A DNA stretch of 64,000 nucleotides from an uncultured Chloroflexia bacterium (GCA_963720755.1 CAVRGP010000002.1:384001-448000); one strand, 5' to 3'; shown: positions 42,966-55,106, counted from the stretch's first letter. The notes: generated from the letters alone by a model not told the origin. Numbers and translations are program-made.

Positions 42966-43183
42966 AGGTATCGGCTTGTCCCGCAGCGAACACCGGCAAC
43001 GCTGTCGGGGCTGCGCGGTAGTCTGAACGCACTGGTCGCGCCATGCGCTGCCCGGATTTGCGGCGCTTGTGGAATCGACTCGTGGATGCTCGTCGATGAC
43101 GCGGGACCGTCCGTCCGGATTGCCTGGCCACCACACTCGAGAACGTCAGGGAGGGTCGAGGCCGCACGGCGGCCGGAAGCCAT

Positions 43184-45731
43184 ATGGATAAGAAGCGCCT
43201 TCTCCGCTCACCGCTGGTGTGGATAGCGGTCGTGCTCGTGCTGTACCTCGTCTACTCCTACTTCGCGGACGAGACCCGTGGCTACATGGCGCAGCCCACC
43301 TCGGTGGCCCTGGCGCAGCTGTCCGACGGAAACGTCACGCAGGCCACCATCGACGACAAGGAACAGCGTCTGCGGCTGGACCTGACGAACCCGGTCGACG
43401 GCGCGACGCAGATCTACACCAATTACCCGGCCGGCACCACGCAGGAAATCTTCGGCGATGTCCAGGCCGCCAACATCTCCGGTGGTTACAACACCACCGT
43501 CACCAGCGAATCCACCCTGTTCTCGCTGCTGATCTACCTGATCCCGGTCGGCCTGATCATCCTGTTCCTGCTGTGGATGATGAACAACGCCCAGGGCGGC
43601 GGCAACAAGGTGCTGTCCTTCGGCAAGTCCAAGGCGAAGCTGCTGACCAAGGACATGCCGGTCACCAAGTTCTCCGACGTTGCCGGAGCGGACGAGGCGG
43701 TCCAGGAGCTCGACGAGATCCGGGACTTCCTGTCGAACCCGACCCGGTACCAGGCGCTCGGCGCGAAGATCCCCAAGGGCGTGCTGCTGTACGGCCCGCC
43801 CGGCACCGGCAAGACGCTACTGGCCCGCGCGGTTGCCGGCGAGGCCGGTGTGCCGTTCTACTCGATCTCCGGGTCGGACTTCGTCGAAATGTTCGTCGGT
43901 GTGGGCGCCTCCCGGGTGCGGGACCTGTTCGAGCAGGCCAAGGCGAACTCGCCGGCCATCATCTTCGTCGACGAGATCGATGCCGTCGGTCGGCATCGCG
44001 GCGCCGGCATGGGCGGTGGCCACGACGAGCGCGAGCAGACGCTCAACCAGTTGCTCGTCGAGATGGACGGTTTCGAGGCCAAGGGTGGGATCATCCTGAT
44101 CGCCGCGACCAACCGCCCCGACATCCTGGACCCGGCGCTGCTGCGGCCCGGCCGTTTCGACCGGCAGATTCCGGTCGGCCAGCCCGACCTCAAGGGCCGG
44201 CAGGCGATCCTGGCGGTGCATTCCAAGGGCAAGCCGTTCGCGCCGGACGTCGACTTCCTGCCGCTGGCCAAGCGGACCGTCGGGATGTCGGGTGCCGACC
44301 TGGCGAACGTGATCAACGAGGCGGCACTGCTGACCGCGCGGGAATACGGCACCGTCATCACCAATGCCGCGCTGGAGGAGTCCGTTGACCGGGTCGTCGG
44401 TGGGCCCGCCCGTCGGGGCAAGGTGATCTCCGAGAAGGAGAAGAAGATCACCGCCTACCACGAGGGTGGTCACGCACTGGCGGCCTGGGCGATGCCGGGC
44501 CTCGAGCCGGTGTACAAGGTGACGATCCTGCCCCGCGGGCGTACGGGTGGCCATGCCCTGGTGGTTCCCGAGGACGACAAGTCCTTGATGACCCGTTCGG
44601 AGATGATCGCCCGGCTGGTGATGGCCATGGGTGGCCGGGCGGCGGAGGAGCTGGTGTTCGCCGAACCGACCACCGGTGCGTCCTCCGACATCGCGCAGGC
44701 CACGAAGATCGCCCGCGCGATGGTGACCGAGTACGGTATGTCGGCCAAGCTGGGCGCCGTCAAGTACGGGCACGGGGACGACGAACCGTTCCTCGGCCGC
44801 ACCTATGGCAGCGGTCCGGAGTACTCCATCGAGGTCGGCAGCGAGATCGACGGCGAGGTGCGCGCCCTCATCGAGGCTGCGCACACCGAGGCCTGGGCGG
44901 TGCTGAACACCTACCGGGACATTCTCGACTCGCTGGCGTCAGCGCTGTTGGAGAAGGAGACGCTGGAGCGGCGCGACCTCGAGGTGATCTTCGCCGAGGT
45001 GGAGAAGCGGCCCCGGATCACCACTTTCGACCAGTTCGGCTCGCGGTTGCCGTCGGATCGTCCGCCGATCAAGACTCCGGGCGAGCTCGCCATCGAACGC
45101 GGCGAGCCGTGGCCACCGCCGGAGCCAGAACCCCTTCCACGTACATCGGAGCCGGTGCCCGTGGGTGCCGGTCTCGGGATACCCCGGGCAGAGCGGCTAC
45201 AACACCGGTCCGGGATTCCCGCAGAACGGTGCGAATGGGCAAACCCAGTCGCCGTCATCGGCTCAGGGACCCGCCGCGCTGCCACCGAATTGGACCGGCG
45301 GGGTGCTGCCGGGGCCGCTCGCGCCGATGCCGGGCTGGCAGCAGCCGGCGCCGGATCAGAGCAACGGCCACCGGGGCAGCAACGGCTCGGGCACCAACGG
45401 ACACGGTCAGCAGGGTCATGGCCAGCATGGCAAAGACAGCGGCACGGGCAACAACGGCAACGGCCACCCGAGCTCGGGACCTCCCGGTCCCTACTCCACC
45501 GGGCCGAACCCTGCCGGTCCCTCCTCGACCGGTCCTTACTCCACCGGTCCGTACGCGACTGGCCCGTCCGTCAACGGGCCCGGGCAGGGACGACCGGATC
45601 TGACGAAGGGTGGCGACACCCGCGCGCAGAGCACATACCCGCCGGCAGGTCCGCGCGACGGGCAGTACCCGTCGGCCGATCAGGGCGACACGCCGACCGA
45701 CCCATGGGCCCCGCCGCGGGACCGCCGGTGA
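43184..45731 (+). CDS. ftsH: ATP-dependent zinc metalloprotease FtsH (indel near 45175; true stop probably TGA 45729-45731)
   Basis: Two TMs, [20 protein letters not shown]; the G/P-rich tail continues in frame 45165..45731 and ends in a GTGA overlap with folE. Confidence 0.93.
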
Positions 45732-46348
45732 CAGGCCCGCTGACGGCGGGTTCAACCAATGGTGCGGTCTCCCCGCACGCCGTCTTCGACGGCCCGCGGG
45801 CCGAGGCGGCAGTCCGGGAACTGCTGATCGCGGTAGGGGAGGATCCCGACCGGGACGGCTTGCGTGGCACCCCCGACCGGGTGGCTCGCGCTTTCGCGGA
45901 ACAGTTTGCCGGGCTGCACATCGACCCGTCGACGGTGCTGAATACCTCCTTCGACGAACAGCACAACGAGATGATCCTGATGCGGGACATCGACATGTAT
46001 TCCACCTGCGAGCATCACCTGGTGCCATTCTTCGGCAAGGCGCACGTCGGCTACATCCCCGGCAAGGACGGCCGGGTCACCGGCCTGTCCAAGCTGGCCC
46101 GGCTGGTCGACGGCTACGCCAAGCGGCCGCAGGTGCAGGAACGGCTGACCACCCAGATCGCCGATGCACTGGTTCTTCGTCTACAACCGGCCGGGGCCAT
46201 CGTGGTGATCGAGGCCGAGCACCTGTGCATGGCCATGCGCGGCATTCGCAAGCCGGGTGCGGTCACCACCACCTCCGCTGTGCGGGGCATCTTCCAATCG
46301 CAGGACCGGACCCGTGCCGAGGCGATGAGCCTGATCACGGGTCGGTGA
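45728..46348 (+). CDS. folE: GTP cyclohydrolase I
   Basis: [42 protein letters not shown]. Confidence 0.95.
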   Translation: MTGPLTAGSTNGAVSPHAVFDGPRAEAAVRELLIAVGEDPDRDGLRGTPDRVARAFAEQFAGLHIDPSTVLNTSFDEQHNEMILMRDIDMYSTCEHHLVPFFGKAHVGYIPGKDGRVTGLSKLARLVDGYAKRPQVQERLTTQIADALVLRLQPAGAIVVIEAEHLCMAMRGIRKPGAVTTTSAVRGIFQSQDRTRAEAMSLITGR

Positions 46349-46351
46349 CCG

Positions 46352-47323
46352 ATGGGTGAGCCAGCACCGGCAGGCACCGCGATTCCCGCCGCTGACGATT
46401 CTCCGGCCGATCCCGCCGCCAGCGGTCTCCCAGTCACGGGCCTGCCGCCGCACGACCGCACCGTTGTGATGGGCGTGCTGAACGTCACCGCGGATTCCTT
46501 TTCCGACGGCGGGCGCTACCTCGATCCGTCCGCCGCCATCGCCAGAGGGCTGGAACTCGCCGCCATGGGCGCCGACATCATCGACGTGGGTGGGGAGTCG
46601 ACCAGGCCGGGCGCCCATCGGGTGCCCGCGGACACCGAGGCCGACCGGGTCGTGCCCGTCATCGCCGAACTGAGCGCTGCCGGGCTGGTGTGCAGTGTCG
46701 ACACCACCAGGGCGGCGGTGGCCGACCAGGCCGTGCTCGCCGGTGCCCGGATCGTGAACGACGTCTCCGGCGGGCTTGCCGATCCCGAGATGGCAGCCGT
46801 GGTGGCCGGTGCCGGGGTTCCCTGGGTTCTCATGCACTGGCGGGGGCACAGCGCCGACATGGACACGCTGGCCACCTACGGCGATGTGGTCGCCGACGTC
46901 CGTGCCGAGTTGCTGGACCGGGTTGAGGCCGCCGTCGCCGCCGGGGTCGCCGAGTCGGCCATCGTGCTCGATCCGGGGCTCGGATTCGCCAAGACCGCGG
47001 ACCACAACTGGGCCCTGCTCCGGGCGCTGCCGGAGATCACCGGGGCCACCGGGGCCGGGTGGGGGTTCCCGGTACTGATCGGTGCGTCCCGCAAGCGGTT
47101 CCTGGGAGCACTGTTGGCCGACGCGTCCGGGCTTCGGCCACCCGACGGCCGGGAGGCGGCCACCACCGCCATCTCCGCCCTGGTGGCCGCCGCGGGCGCC
47201 TGGGGCGTTCGCGTGCACGAGGCGTCCGCGTCGCTCGATGCCGTCCGGGTGGTCGCGGCGGCCACCGGCCGGCCACCCGTCCGGTCGCTGGGCCTGACCT
47301 CATCGGGTGTGCGCCATGGCTGA
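46352..47323 (+). CDS. folP: Dihydropteroate synthase
   Basis: LNVTADSFSDGG, GGESTRPG, DPGLGFAK, SRKRF, RVHE. Confidence 0.95.
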   Translation: MGEPAPAGTAIPAADDSPADPAASGLPVTGLPPHDRTVVMGVLNVTADSFSDGGRYLDPSAAIARGLELAAMGADIIDVGGESTRPGAHRVPADTEADRVVPVIAELSAAGLVCSVDTTRAAVADQAVLAGARIVNDVSGGLADPEMAAVVAGAGVPWVLMHWRGHSADMDTLATYGDVVADVRAELLDRVEAAVAAGVAESAIVLDPGLGFAKTADHNWALLRALPEITGATGAGWGFPVLIGASRKRFLGALLADASGLRPPDGREAATTAISALVAAAGAWGVRVHEASASLDAVRVVAAATGRPPVRSLGLTSSGVRHG

Positions 47324-47717
47324 CCGGATCACCCTGACCGGCCTGGCGGTGTTCGGCCACCACGGTGTGTTCGACCACGAGAAGCGGGATGGGCAGACGT
47401 TTCTGGTCGACATCACACTGTGGCTGGACCTGACCGAAGCGGCGACGACGGACGACCTGCGCACGACGGTTCACTACGGCGACCTGGCCGAACTGGCGGC
47501 CGGAGTCATCGCGGGCCCGCCCCGGGATCTGATCGAGGCGGTGGCCGGTGAGATCGCCGATGCCGTGATGCGTACCTACCCGGTGTACGCGGCCGAGGTC
47601 ACCATCCACAAACCGTCCGCGCCGATTCCGCTCACCTTCGCCGATGTCAGCGTCACCATCCGGCGGTCGATCCGCACCGCCGACCGGTCCGGTGCACAGC
47701 CGGGCGGCCGGCCGTGA
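47316..47717 (+). CDS. folB: Dihydroneopterin aldolase
   Basis: GHHGVFDHEK, TVHY, LIE, HKPSAP. Confidence 0.95.
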   Translation: MADRITLTGLAVFGHHGVFDHEKRDGQTFLVDITLWLDLTEAATTDDLRTTVHYGDLAELAAGVIAGPPRDLIEAVAGEIADAVMRTYPVYAAEVTIHKPSAPIPLTFADVSVTIRRSIRTADRSGAQPGGRP

Positions 47718-48205
47718 GCAGCGTCGTGTTGTCGCTGGGCTCGAACATCGGGGACCGGACCGGGCACCTGCAACAGGCGGTCCGACAGCTGGGCCCGCCG
47801 GTCCGGGCGGTCTCGTCGATCTATCGCACCCCGCCCTGGGGTGGGGTCGAGCAGGACGACTTCTACAACATCGTCGTGCTGGCCGAGGCTGCGGGTGTGG
47901 ACGCCCGCGGGTGGCTCGGCCGGTGCCACGAGCTGGAGCGGGCCGCCGACCGACAACGGCTGCAGCATTGGGGGCCAAGGACTCTCGATGCGGATGTCAT
48001 CACTGTGCGGGTTCGCGGACAGGTGATCATCAGCGACGACCCCGACCTCACGCTGCCACACCCCCGGGCAGCGGAGCGGGCGTTCGTGCTGGTGCCCTGG
48101 GCCGAGGTGGACCCGGCCGCGGAACTCCCCGGTGCCGGCCCGATCGCCGATCTGCTCGCTGGAATGGACACCACCGCCATCACCCGGGTCGGTCATGTGC
48201 ACTGA
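47714..48205 (+). CDS. folK: 6-hydroxymethyl-7,8-dihydropterin pyrophosphokinase
   Basis: LSLGSNIG, WGPRTLDAD, LPHP..ERAFVL. Confidence 0.95.
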   Translation: MSSVVLSLGSNIGDRTGHLQQAVRQLGPPVRAVSSIYRTPPWGGVEQDDFYNIVVLAEAAGVDARGWLGRCHELERAADRQRLQHWGPRTLDADVITVRVRGQVIISDDPDLTLPHPRAAERAFVLVPWAEVDPAAELPGAGPIADLLAGMDTTAITRVGHVH

Positions 48206-48264
48206 CCCGGCGGTCCGTTCTCCCGGGTCACCGAATGAGGTCAGTCGTGTCCGATGACGCCCGG

Positions 48265-48729
48265 ATGGGATTCACCCGTCCCCGCGACCTGCTGGTCGTT
48301 GGGGTGGTGGCCGCGGTGCTGGCCTACCTGGTCGTGCGCCTGAGCTACCAGCGGATGCCGCCGCTGCCCAGGCTTGCCGGGCTGGCCGCCGCCGCGGTCG
48401 GTATCGGCGAGGCGGTCTTCGGGTACGGGCTCCGCAACCGGATCCGACCGAAGGAGCGGGCGAACGCTGCCGGCCCCACCCGCAGGCCGGTACCGCCGTT
48501 GACCGCCGCTCGCGCCGTGATGGCCGCGAAGGCGACGTCGTTGGCCGGCGTGGCCGTCGCCGGCCTGTGGGTCGGCCTGCTGGTCTACGTGGTCCCGTCC
48601 TGGACCGACCTGGCGGCGGCGCGTGCGGACGGCATCGCCGGCATCATCGGCCTGGTCGGGGCAATCGTCATGACCGGTGGCGCGCTGTACCTGGAGGATT
48701 GCTGCCGGGCCCCGGGTGTGGATCGCTGA
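48265..48729 (+). CDS. DUF3180 membrane protein
   Basis: PLTAARAV..AKA, LEDCCR; fol-operon synteny. Confidence 0.85.
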   Translation: MGFTRPRDLLVVGVVAAVLAYLVVRLSYQRMPPLPRLAGLAAAAVGIGEAVFGYGLRNRIRPKERANAAGPTRRPVPPLTAARAVMAAKATSLAGVAVAGLWVGLLVYVVPSWTDLAAARADGIAGIIGLVGAIVMTGGALYLEDCCRAPGVDR

Positions 48730-49675
48730 TCGACTCGGCGGCTGCCTGCTCGATCCCGGTGACCAGGCTCAGCAGCCTGCTGCGCAACGCCGCCGCGGAT
48801 GCGGCGATCCCACGCTGCGCCGTCACGTACTCGGCCTTACCTTCCGCCGTCTCGATCCGAACCGGTGAATACCCCAGGTCGGTGAGGTCGTACGGGGAGG
48901 CCCGCATGTCCAGTTCGCGAACCCGCCCGGCGAACAGGAAGGTGTCCAGCAGGAGGGCGCTGGGTACCGCCGGGATCAGTTTGTACGCCCATTTGTAGAC
49001 GTCCATCGCCGCGTGCAGGCAACCGGGCTGCTCCGTCCCGAGCTGCGAGTCACGGTCCAGCTGTTGAGCATTGAGCGGCCGAGCCGGCGGCGTGAAGAAC
49101 CGGAAGGCGTCGAAGTGCGTGCACTTCACCGGATGATCGCGCACCACCTGGTCGGTGTCGTCCTGACCCAGCCGGAGCGGCCACTGCTGGTGGCGCCGCT
49201 GCGGCCCCTGCCGGTAGACCATCGCCCATTCGTGCAGGCCGAAACAGCCGAACTGTCCGGGGCGGGCCGCCGTCGCGGCGAGCAGTCGCCGGGTGAATGC
49301 GAGCTGCGAACGTCGGGCCGCGGCGAAGCCGGGCAGGTCGAGCACGACGGTGTCGGGTGCCTGCAGCACCCGGTGGAACTTCCACTCCGCACGTTCCGGC
49401 GCGTCCGCCAGTGCGACACCCGGGCCCGGATGCCATCGACGCAGCTGCGCCGGTCGCAGTGAGTAGTAACTGAACAGGAAGTCCTCCACCGGGTGGGCAA
49501 CGCCGGCCCGGGCCCGGGTGCGATGGCCGCCGGTCAGCTCGTCGACCCGCGCGGCGTGCTCTGCCTGGGTCGGCCACCAGATCTCCCGCGGCAGGACCGT
49601 GGGTGCGGCGTCGCGATCCGCGCCCGACCAGACGCCGGGTGGGGGCGGCGACTCCGGCTGTGTCGTCGTGCTCAC
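48668..49675 (-). CDS. Conserved actinobacterial protein (often auto-annotated as 3-methyladenine DNA glycosylase; function unproven)
   Basis: [51 protein letters not shown]. Confidence 0.8.
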   Translation of the reverse strand: MSTTTQPESPPPPGVWSGADRDAAPTVLPREIWWPTQAEHAARVDELTGGHRTRARAGVAHPVEDFLFSYYSLRPAQLRRWHPGPGVALADAPERAEWKFHRVLQAPDTVVLDLPGFAAARRSQLAFTRRLLAATAARPGQFGCFGLHEWAMVYRQGPQRRHQQWPLRLGQDDTDQVVRDHPVKCTHFDAFRFFTPPARPLNAQQLDRDSQLGTEQPGCLHAAMDVYKWAYKLIPAVPSALLLDTFLFAGRVRELDMRASPYDLTDLGYSPVRIETAEGKAEYVTAQRGIAASAAALRSRLLSLVTGIEQAAAESISDPHPGPGSNPPGTARHRS

Positions 49676-49762
49676 GACGCCATTCTGACCCGCGGCTGGG
49701 CATCACGCGGCCAATTCGTCGGTGATCAACACCGCCCGGCCGGCCAAGTAGGCTTCAGTGCC

Positions 49763-51286
49763 GTGACATCACCGACGGATCCAGTCCCGAGCGAGCGCGA
49801 CGACCTTCCCGAGCAGCAGCGAATTCGTCGCGAGAAGCGCCAACGGCTTCTCGACGGCGGAATCGAGCCCTATCCGGTCGGAGTGGAGCGAACGACATCG
49901 CTGGCTGCCCTGCGAGCGCAATTTCCGGACCTGCCGCCGGATAGTGATACCGGCGTTACCGTCGGTATCACCGGCCGGGTGTTGTTTCAGCGAAACTCGG
50001 GAAAACTCTGTTTCGCCACCCTCCGCGAAGGTGGCGCCGGAGACACCGGCACCGAATTGCAGGTCATGGTCTCGCTGGCGAGTGTGGGCGCGGAATCACT
50101 GGCGGCATTCAAGGCGGACGTGGACCTCGGAGACCACCTGTTCGTCCATGGGACGGTCATCACCTCGCGCCGCGGCGAGCTGTCCGTGCTGGCCGATTCC
50201 TGGTCGATCACCGCAAAGGCGCTGCGACCATTGCCGGTGGCGCACAAACCGCTGAACGAGGAGAGCCGGGTCCGGCAGCGTTATGTGGATTTGATTGTGC
50301 GCCCGCAGGCGCGCCGCAACGTCGAAGTGCGAGGCGTGGTCAATCGGTCGCTGCGAGCGACATTGCACGACCGGGGTTTTCTGGAGGTCGAAACCCCCAT
50401 GCTGCAGGTGCTGCACGGCGGCGCAGCAGCGCGGCCGTTCGTGACCCATATGAATGCCATGGACATGGACCTGTACCTGCGGATCGCGCCGGAACTGTAT
50501 CTGAAGCGGCTGGTTGTCGGCGGAATCGACCGGGTCTTCGAGATCAACCGGAACTTCCGTAACGAGGGTGTCGATTCCTCCCATTCGCCGGAGTTCGCCA
50601 TGTTGGAGGCCTATCAGGCCTACAGCGACTACAACGGGGTGGCCGAGCTGACCCGGAGTCTGATCCAGCAGTCGGCCACCGCGGTTTTCGGTTCCACGAC
50701 GGCAGTGCATGCGGACGGGACCGAGTTCGATCTCGGCGGTGACTGGCGGTCGATCTCGTTGTACGGGGCGCTGTCCGAGGCGGCCGGCGAGGAGATCACG
50801 GTCACCACGCCAATGGCCGACCTGGTGGCGCTCGCGAAGCGGCTCGATGTTCCGGTGGCACCGCACTACGGGCCGGGCAAGTTGGCCGAGGAATTGTTCG
50901 AAGAGTTGGTGGTCGGCACTTTGGTGGCGCCGACCTTCGTCCGGGACTTTCCGGTGGAGACCTCGCCGTTGACGCGTGATCACCGCGAGGTGCCCGGTTT
51001 GACGGAGAAATGGGACCTCTACATCCGGGGGATTGAAACGGCGACCGGATACTCCGAGCTCGTCGATCCCGTTGTGCAGCGGGCACGATTCATCGATCAG
51101 GCACGTTTCGCCGGACTTGGCGACGACGAGGCGATGGTGTTGGACGAGGAGTTCCTGCGGGCAATGGAGTACGGAATGCCGCCGTCCGGAGGTTTCGGCA
51201 TGGGTATCGACCGGCTGATCATGGCGCTGACCGGTCTGGGGATCCGCGAGACCATTCTGTTTCCGTTCGTCCGGCCCGGAGATTGA
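49763..51286 (+). CDS. lysS: Lysyl-tRNA synthetase (class II)
   Basis: [36 protein letters not shown]; TAGGCT -10. Confidence 0.96.
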   Translation: MTSPTDPVPSERDDLPEQQRIRREKRQRLLDGGIEPYPVGVERTTSLAALRAQFPDLPPDSDTGVTVGITGRVLFQRNSGKLCFATLREGGAGDTGTELQVMVSLASVGAESLAAFKADVDLGDHLFVHGTVITSRRGELSVLADSWSITAKALRPLPVAHKPLNEESRVRQRYVDLIVRPQARRNVEVRGVVNRSLRATLHDRGFLEVETPMLQVLHGGAAARPFVTHMNAMDMDLYLRIAPELYLKRLVVGGIDRVFEINRNFRNEGVDSSHSPEFAMLEAYQAYSDYNGVAELTRSLIQQSATAVFGSTTAVHADGTEFDLGGDWRSISLYGALSEAAGEEITVTTPMADLVALAKRLDVPVAPHYGPGKLAEELFEELVVGTLVAPTFVRDFPVETSPLTRDHREVPGLTEKWDLYIRGIETATGYSELVDPVVQRARFIDQARFAGLGDDEAMVLDEEFLRAMEYGMPPSGGFGMGIDRLIMALTGLGIRETILFPFVRPGD

Positions 51287-51541
51287 CCGGGCGGATAGCA
51301 AGTGGCCCACGGTCACCGAAATCAACAGCCCGAAGACTCGAAAGATTCTCGGGGCGAGTTTCGGTCAGTCGGTAGGACGGTTCGGTGTTCGATCGGTCAC
51401 GGGTGATTGGTCGCCGGACCGTTCGCACATGATCTTCGAGACTCGTCCGGTGGGAATGACGGGATATGGTGGAAACGTCACTTCATCAGCCCTACTCTGG
51501 GTCTTTCAGCGATAACGAAGGCTTTCTAGGAGGAACCCCGC

Positions 51542-51910
51542 ATGGCAACCATGACTCTCGTCACACTGGTGGACGATCTCGACGGATCCGAGGCTGCGGA
51601 ATCAGTGTCTTTCGCTCTCGACGGTGCGTCCTACGAGATCGATCTGAGCGACAGCAACGCCGAGAAATTGCGTGACGCGCTCGCCGGTTATGTCGCCAGT
51701 GCCCGTCGGGTCGACGGTTCGCGCCGTGGGCCGGGGCGCCCGAAGGCGACCGCACCCAAGGCGGCGAAGACCCCGCGGGGCGCCCGCACGGCACCGGACC
51801 GCGAGCAGACTGCCGCGATCCGCGAGTGGGCCCGGAGCAACGGCTTCGAGGTCTCCGAACGTGGCCGGCTCTCGGCAACCGTGCTGGCCGCCTTTGAAGC
51901 TGCGCACTGA
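51542..51910 (+). CDS. lsr2: Nucleoid-associated protein Lsr2
   Basis: LVDDLDG, YEIDLS, IREWARSNG..VSERGR; AGGAGG RBS. Confidence 0.95.
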   Translation: MATMTLVTLVDDLDGSEAAESVSFALDGASYEIDLSDSNAEKLRDALAGYVASARRVDGSRRGPGRPKATAPKAAKTPRGARTAPDREQTAAIREWARSNGFEVSERGRLSATVLAAFEAAH

Positions 51911-52063
51911 CGCTGGCGCTCCACCGTCGGCACCACCATCGCTGACCTGACGTCATTGTTGCGTGGACTCCTGGACCCCAGGGGTGATGGACGACCTGCT
52001 CGTTCGACCCCGGTCCGCCCTGCGGTCCGGGGTCGATGGCGTTTCAGGGGTGTGGTGCACGCT

Positions 52064-52077
52064 GTTCGCCCACGGCG
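52064..52077 (+). promoter_or_regulatory. ClgR operator upstream of clpC1
   Basis: GTTCGC-CCACG-GCG matches GTTCGC-N5-GCG. Confidence 0.65.
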
Positions 52078-52093
52078 TAGCCCCCGATATGGC

Positions 52094-52120
52094 GGAACGA
52101 GAGTTGCTGGGGCAGCGTTG
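52094..52120 (+). promoter_or_regulatory. SigR/SigH-type promoter upstream of clpC1
   Basis: GGAAC-N18-GTTG. Confidence 0.65.
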
Positions 52121-52302
52121 GAAAGCAGTGACGGCACGGTGCGCAGTGTCGTCATCGGTCCGTGACGCGCACCGGTAAGACTGCTCCTCCGACTACAGTT
52201 GGTGAACCACTGTCGGACGGATGTCGCAGTCTCCGGTCTGTCGGCAGCGGGACGAGTGGTAGCAGTCGACCGCATAGCCGCGCACGTCAGTAAGGAGTGC
52301 AC

Positions 52303-54819
52303 ATGTTCGAACGGTTTACCGACAGAGCGCGACGTGTGGTTGTCCTGGCGCAAGAAGAGGCCAGGATGCTCAACCACAATTACATCGGCACGGAGCACAT
52401 CCTGCTCGGCCTCATTCATGAGGGCGAGGGTGTCGCGGCCAAGGCGCTGGAATCCCTTGGCATCGCGCTGGAGGGTGTCCGCGCCCAGGTCGAGGAGATC
52501 ATCGGTCAGGGACAGCAGTCCCCGTCCGGGCACATCCCCTTCACCCCCCGGGCGAAGAAGGTGCTGGAGCTGAGCCTGCGCGAGGCGCTGCAGCTCGGCC
52601 ACAACTACATCGGGACCGAGCACATCCTGCTCGGCCTCATCCGCGAGGGCGAAGGCGTTGCTGCTCAGGTGCTCGTCAAGCTCGGCGCCGACCTCAACCG
52701 GGTGCGCCAGCAGGTCCTGCAGCTGCTGTCCGGCTACCAGGGCAAGGAGACCGCCGCCGCTGAAGGTGGCCGCTCCGAGGGCACCCCGTCGACCTCGCTG
52801 GTGCTCGACCAGTTCGGGCGCAACCTCACCCAGTCGGCCCGCGAGGGCAAGCTGGACCCGGTCATCGGCCGGGAGAAGGAGATCGAGCGGGTGATGCAGG
52901 TGCTCTCCCGCCGTACCAAGAACAACCCGGTGCTGATCGGCGAGCCCGGCGTCGGCAAGACCGCGGTCGTCGAGGGCCTGGCCCAGGCGATCATCCGCGG
53001 CGATGTCCCGCAGACCCTGAAGGACAAGCACCTCTATACCCTCGACCTCGGCAGCCTCGTCGCCGGGTCCCGGTACCGCGGTGACTTCGAAGAGCGGCTG
53101 AAGAAGGTGCTCAAGGAGATCCGCACCCGCGGCGACATCATCATGTTCATCGACGAGATCCACACCCTGGTGGGTGCCGGTGCCGCCGAGGGCGCGATCG
53201 ACGCCGCGTCCATCCTCAAGCCGATGCTGGCCCGTGGCGAGCTGCAGACCATCGGTGCCACGACGCTGGACGAGTACCGCAAGTACGTGGAGAAGGACGC
53301 CGCGCTCGAGCGCCGTTTCCAGCCGATCCAGGTCGGTGAGCCGACGGTGGCGCACACCATCGAGATCCTCAAGGGGCTGCGCGACCGGTACGAGGCGCAT
53401 CACCGGATCACCATCACCGACGACGCACTGGTCTCAGCGGCGACCCTCGCCGACCGGTACATCAGCGACCGTTTCCTGCCGGACAAGGCGATCGACCTGA
53501 TCGACGAGGCCGGTGCCCGGATGCGCATCCGCCGGATGACGGCGCCGCCGGACCTGCGGGACTTCGACGAGAAACTCGCCGGTGTCCGTCGGGACAAGGA
53601 ATCGGCCATCGACTCGCAGGACTTCGAGAAGGCCGCCGCCCTCCGTGATTCGGAGAAGCAGCTGCTGGCCCGCAAGTCCGAGCGCGAGAAGGCCTGGAAA
53701 GACGGCGACCTGGACGTCATCAGCGAGGTCGATGACGAGCAGATCGCCGAGGTGCTGGCGAACTGGACGGGTATCCCGGTCTTCAAGCTGACCGAAGAGG
53801 AAACCACCCGGCTGCTGAAGATGGAAGATGAGCTGCACAAGCGGATCATCGGCCAGAACCAGGCGGTCAAGGCGGTATCGCAGGCGATCCGGCGGACCAG
53901 GGCCGGTCTGAAGGATCCGAAGCGGCCGTCCGGGTCGTTCATCTTCGCCGGTCCCTCGGGCGTCGGGAAGACCGAGCTGACGAAGGCGCTCGCCGAGTTC
54001 CTGTTCGGTGACGAGGACGCGCTCATCCAGATCGACATGGGCGAGTTCCACGACCGGTACACCGCCTCGCGGCTGTTCGGTGCCCCTCCCGGGTACGTCG
54101 GCTACGAAGAGGGTGGGCAGCTCACCGAGAAGGTGCGCCGCAAGCCGTTCTCCGTGGTGCTGTTCGACGAGATCGAGAAGGCGCACCAGGACATCTACAA
54201 CACACTGCTGCAGGTGCTGGAAGATGGCCGGCTCACCGACGGTCAGGGTCGCACGGTGGACTTCAAGAACACGGTCATCGTGTTCACGTCCAACCTCGGC
54301 ACCCAGGACATCTCCAAGGCGGTCGGCATGGGCTTTGCCCAGGGCACCGACTCGGAGTCGAACTACGACCGGATGAAGCAGAAGGTCAACGACGAGCTCA
54401 AGCGGCACTTCCGGCCTGAGTTCCTCAACCGGATCGATGACGTGGTGGTCTTCCACCAGCTCACCACCGTCGAGATCCACCAGATGGTCGACCTGATGCT
54501 CAAGCGTGTCGAAGGCGCGCTGAAGAACAAGGACATGACCATGGAGGTCACCGAGGCCGCGAAGACGCTGCTCGGCGAGCGCGGGTTCGACCCGGTGCTC
54601 GGCGCGCGGCCGCTGCGTCGGACCATCCAGCGGGAGATCGAGGACAAGCTCTCCGAGAAGATCCTCTTCGACGAGGTTCGCCCGGGGCAGATCATCCTGG
54701 TCGACGTCACCGGCGAGGGGAAGGACCAGGAGTTCACCTTCCGCGGCGAAGCCCGTCCGTCGGCGGTTCCCGAGGTCGTCCCGGTCGGTCTCGCGACCGA
54801 CGCCGGCGAGGCGGTCTGA
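52303..54819 (+). CDS. clpC: ATP-dependent Clp protease ATPase subunit ClpC1
   Basis: [11 protein letters not shown], two AAA modules ([16 protein letters not shown]), GARPLRR; TAAGGAG RBS. Confidence 0.97.
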   Translation: MFERFTDRARRVVVLAQEEARMLNHNYIGTEHILLGLIHEGEGVAAKALESLGIALEGVRAQVEEIIGQGQQSPSGHIPFTPRAKKVLELSLREALQLGHNYIGTEHILLGLIREGEGVAAQVLVKLGADLNRVRQQVLQLLSGYQGKETAAAEGGRSEGTPSTSLVLDQFGRNLTQSAREGKLDPVIGREKEIERVMQVLSRRTKNNPVLIGEPGVGKTAVVEGLAQAIIRGDVPQTLKDKHLYTLDLGSLVAGSRYRGDFEERLKKVLKEIRTRGDIIMFIDEIHTLVGAGAAEGAIDAASILKPMLARGELQTIGATTLDEYRKYVEKDAALERRFQPIQVGEPTVAHTIEILKGLRDRYEAHHRITITDDALVSAATLADRYISDRFLPDKAIDLIDEAGARMRIRRMTAPPDLRDFDEKLAGVRRDKESAIDSQDFEKAAALRDSEKQLLARKSEREKAWKDGDLDVISEVDDEQIAEVLANWTGIPVFKLTEEETTRLLKMEDELHKRIIGQNQAVKAVSQAIRRTRAGLKDPKRPSGSFIFAGPSGVGKTELTKALAEFLFGDEDALIQIDMGEFHDRYTASRLFGAPPGYVGYEEGGQLTEKVRRKPFSVVLFDEIEKAHQDIYNTLLQVLEDGRLTDGQGRTVDFKNTVIVFTSNLGTQDISKAVGMGFAQGTDSESNYDRMKQKVNDELKRHFRPEFLNRIDDVVVFHQLTTVEIHQMVDLMLKRVEGALKNKDMTMEVTEAAKTLLGERGFDPVLGARPLRRTIQREIEDKLSEKILFDEVRPGQIILVDVTGEGKDQEFTFRGEARPSAVPEVVPVGLATDAGEAV

Positions 54820-54865
54820 TCCAACCGCTGACGTCGGCTTCAGGCTGACGCAGCAGTAGCCCGGC

Positions 54866-54907
54866 ACTCTGGCCCGCCCCCGAACCTGGGGGCGGGCCAG
54901 AGTCGTT
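54866..54907 (+). terminator. Intrinsic terminator hairpin after clpC1
   Basis: ACTCTGGCCCGCCCCC-GAACCT-GGGGGCGGGCCAGAGT followed by CGTTT. Confidence 0.8.
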
Positions 54908-55106
54908 TCGGCGTACCGCGACCGGCGGGGCAGTGCCAGCCGAGGCGCCCGCTGCCGGGGCTCCCGCTGGACAGGGCTCTGCTGGCCCGGGTCTGACCGT
55001 TGCGTCTGCCGGTGGTTGATCAACGATTCCGGCCCTGACGTGTTGCACACAGCAACAGGACAGCGCCCGAGACAGTGATGGTGGGGGTGGGGGATGCCGG
55101 GTTCCC

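Noticed and set aside
43184-46348. Apparent 1054-aa FtsH-FolE fusion
   Set aside because: The coherent FtsH tail lies in another frame and ends in a typical GTGA overlap with the folE start; one indel near 45175 explains it, in a window with many such errors.
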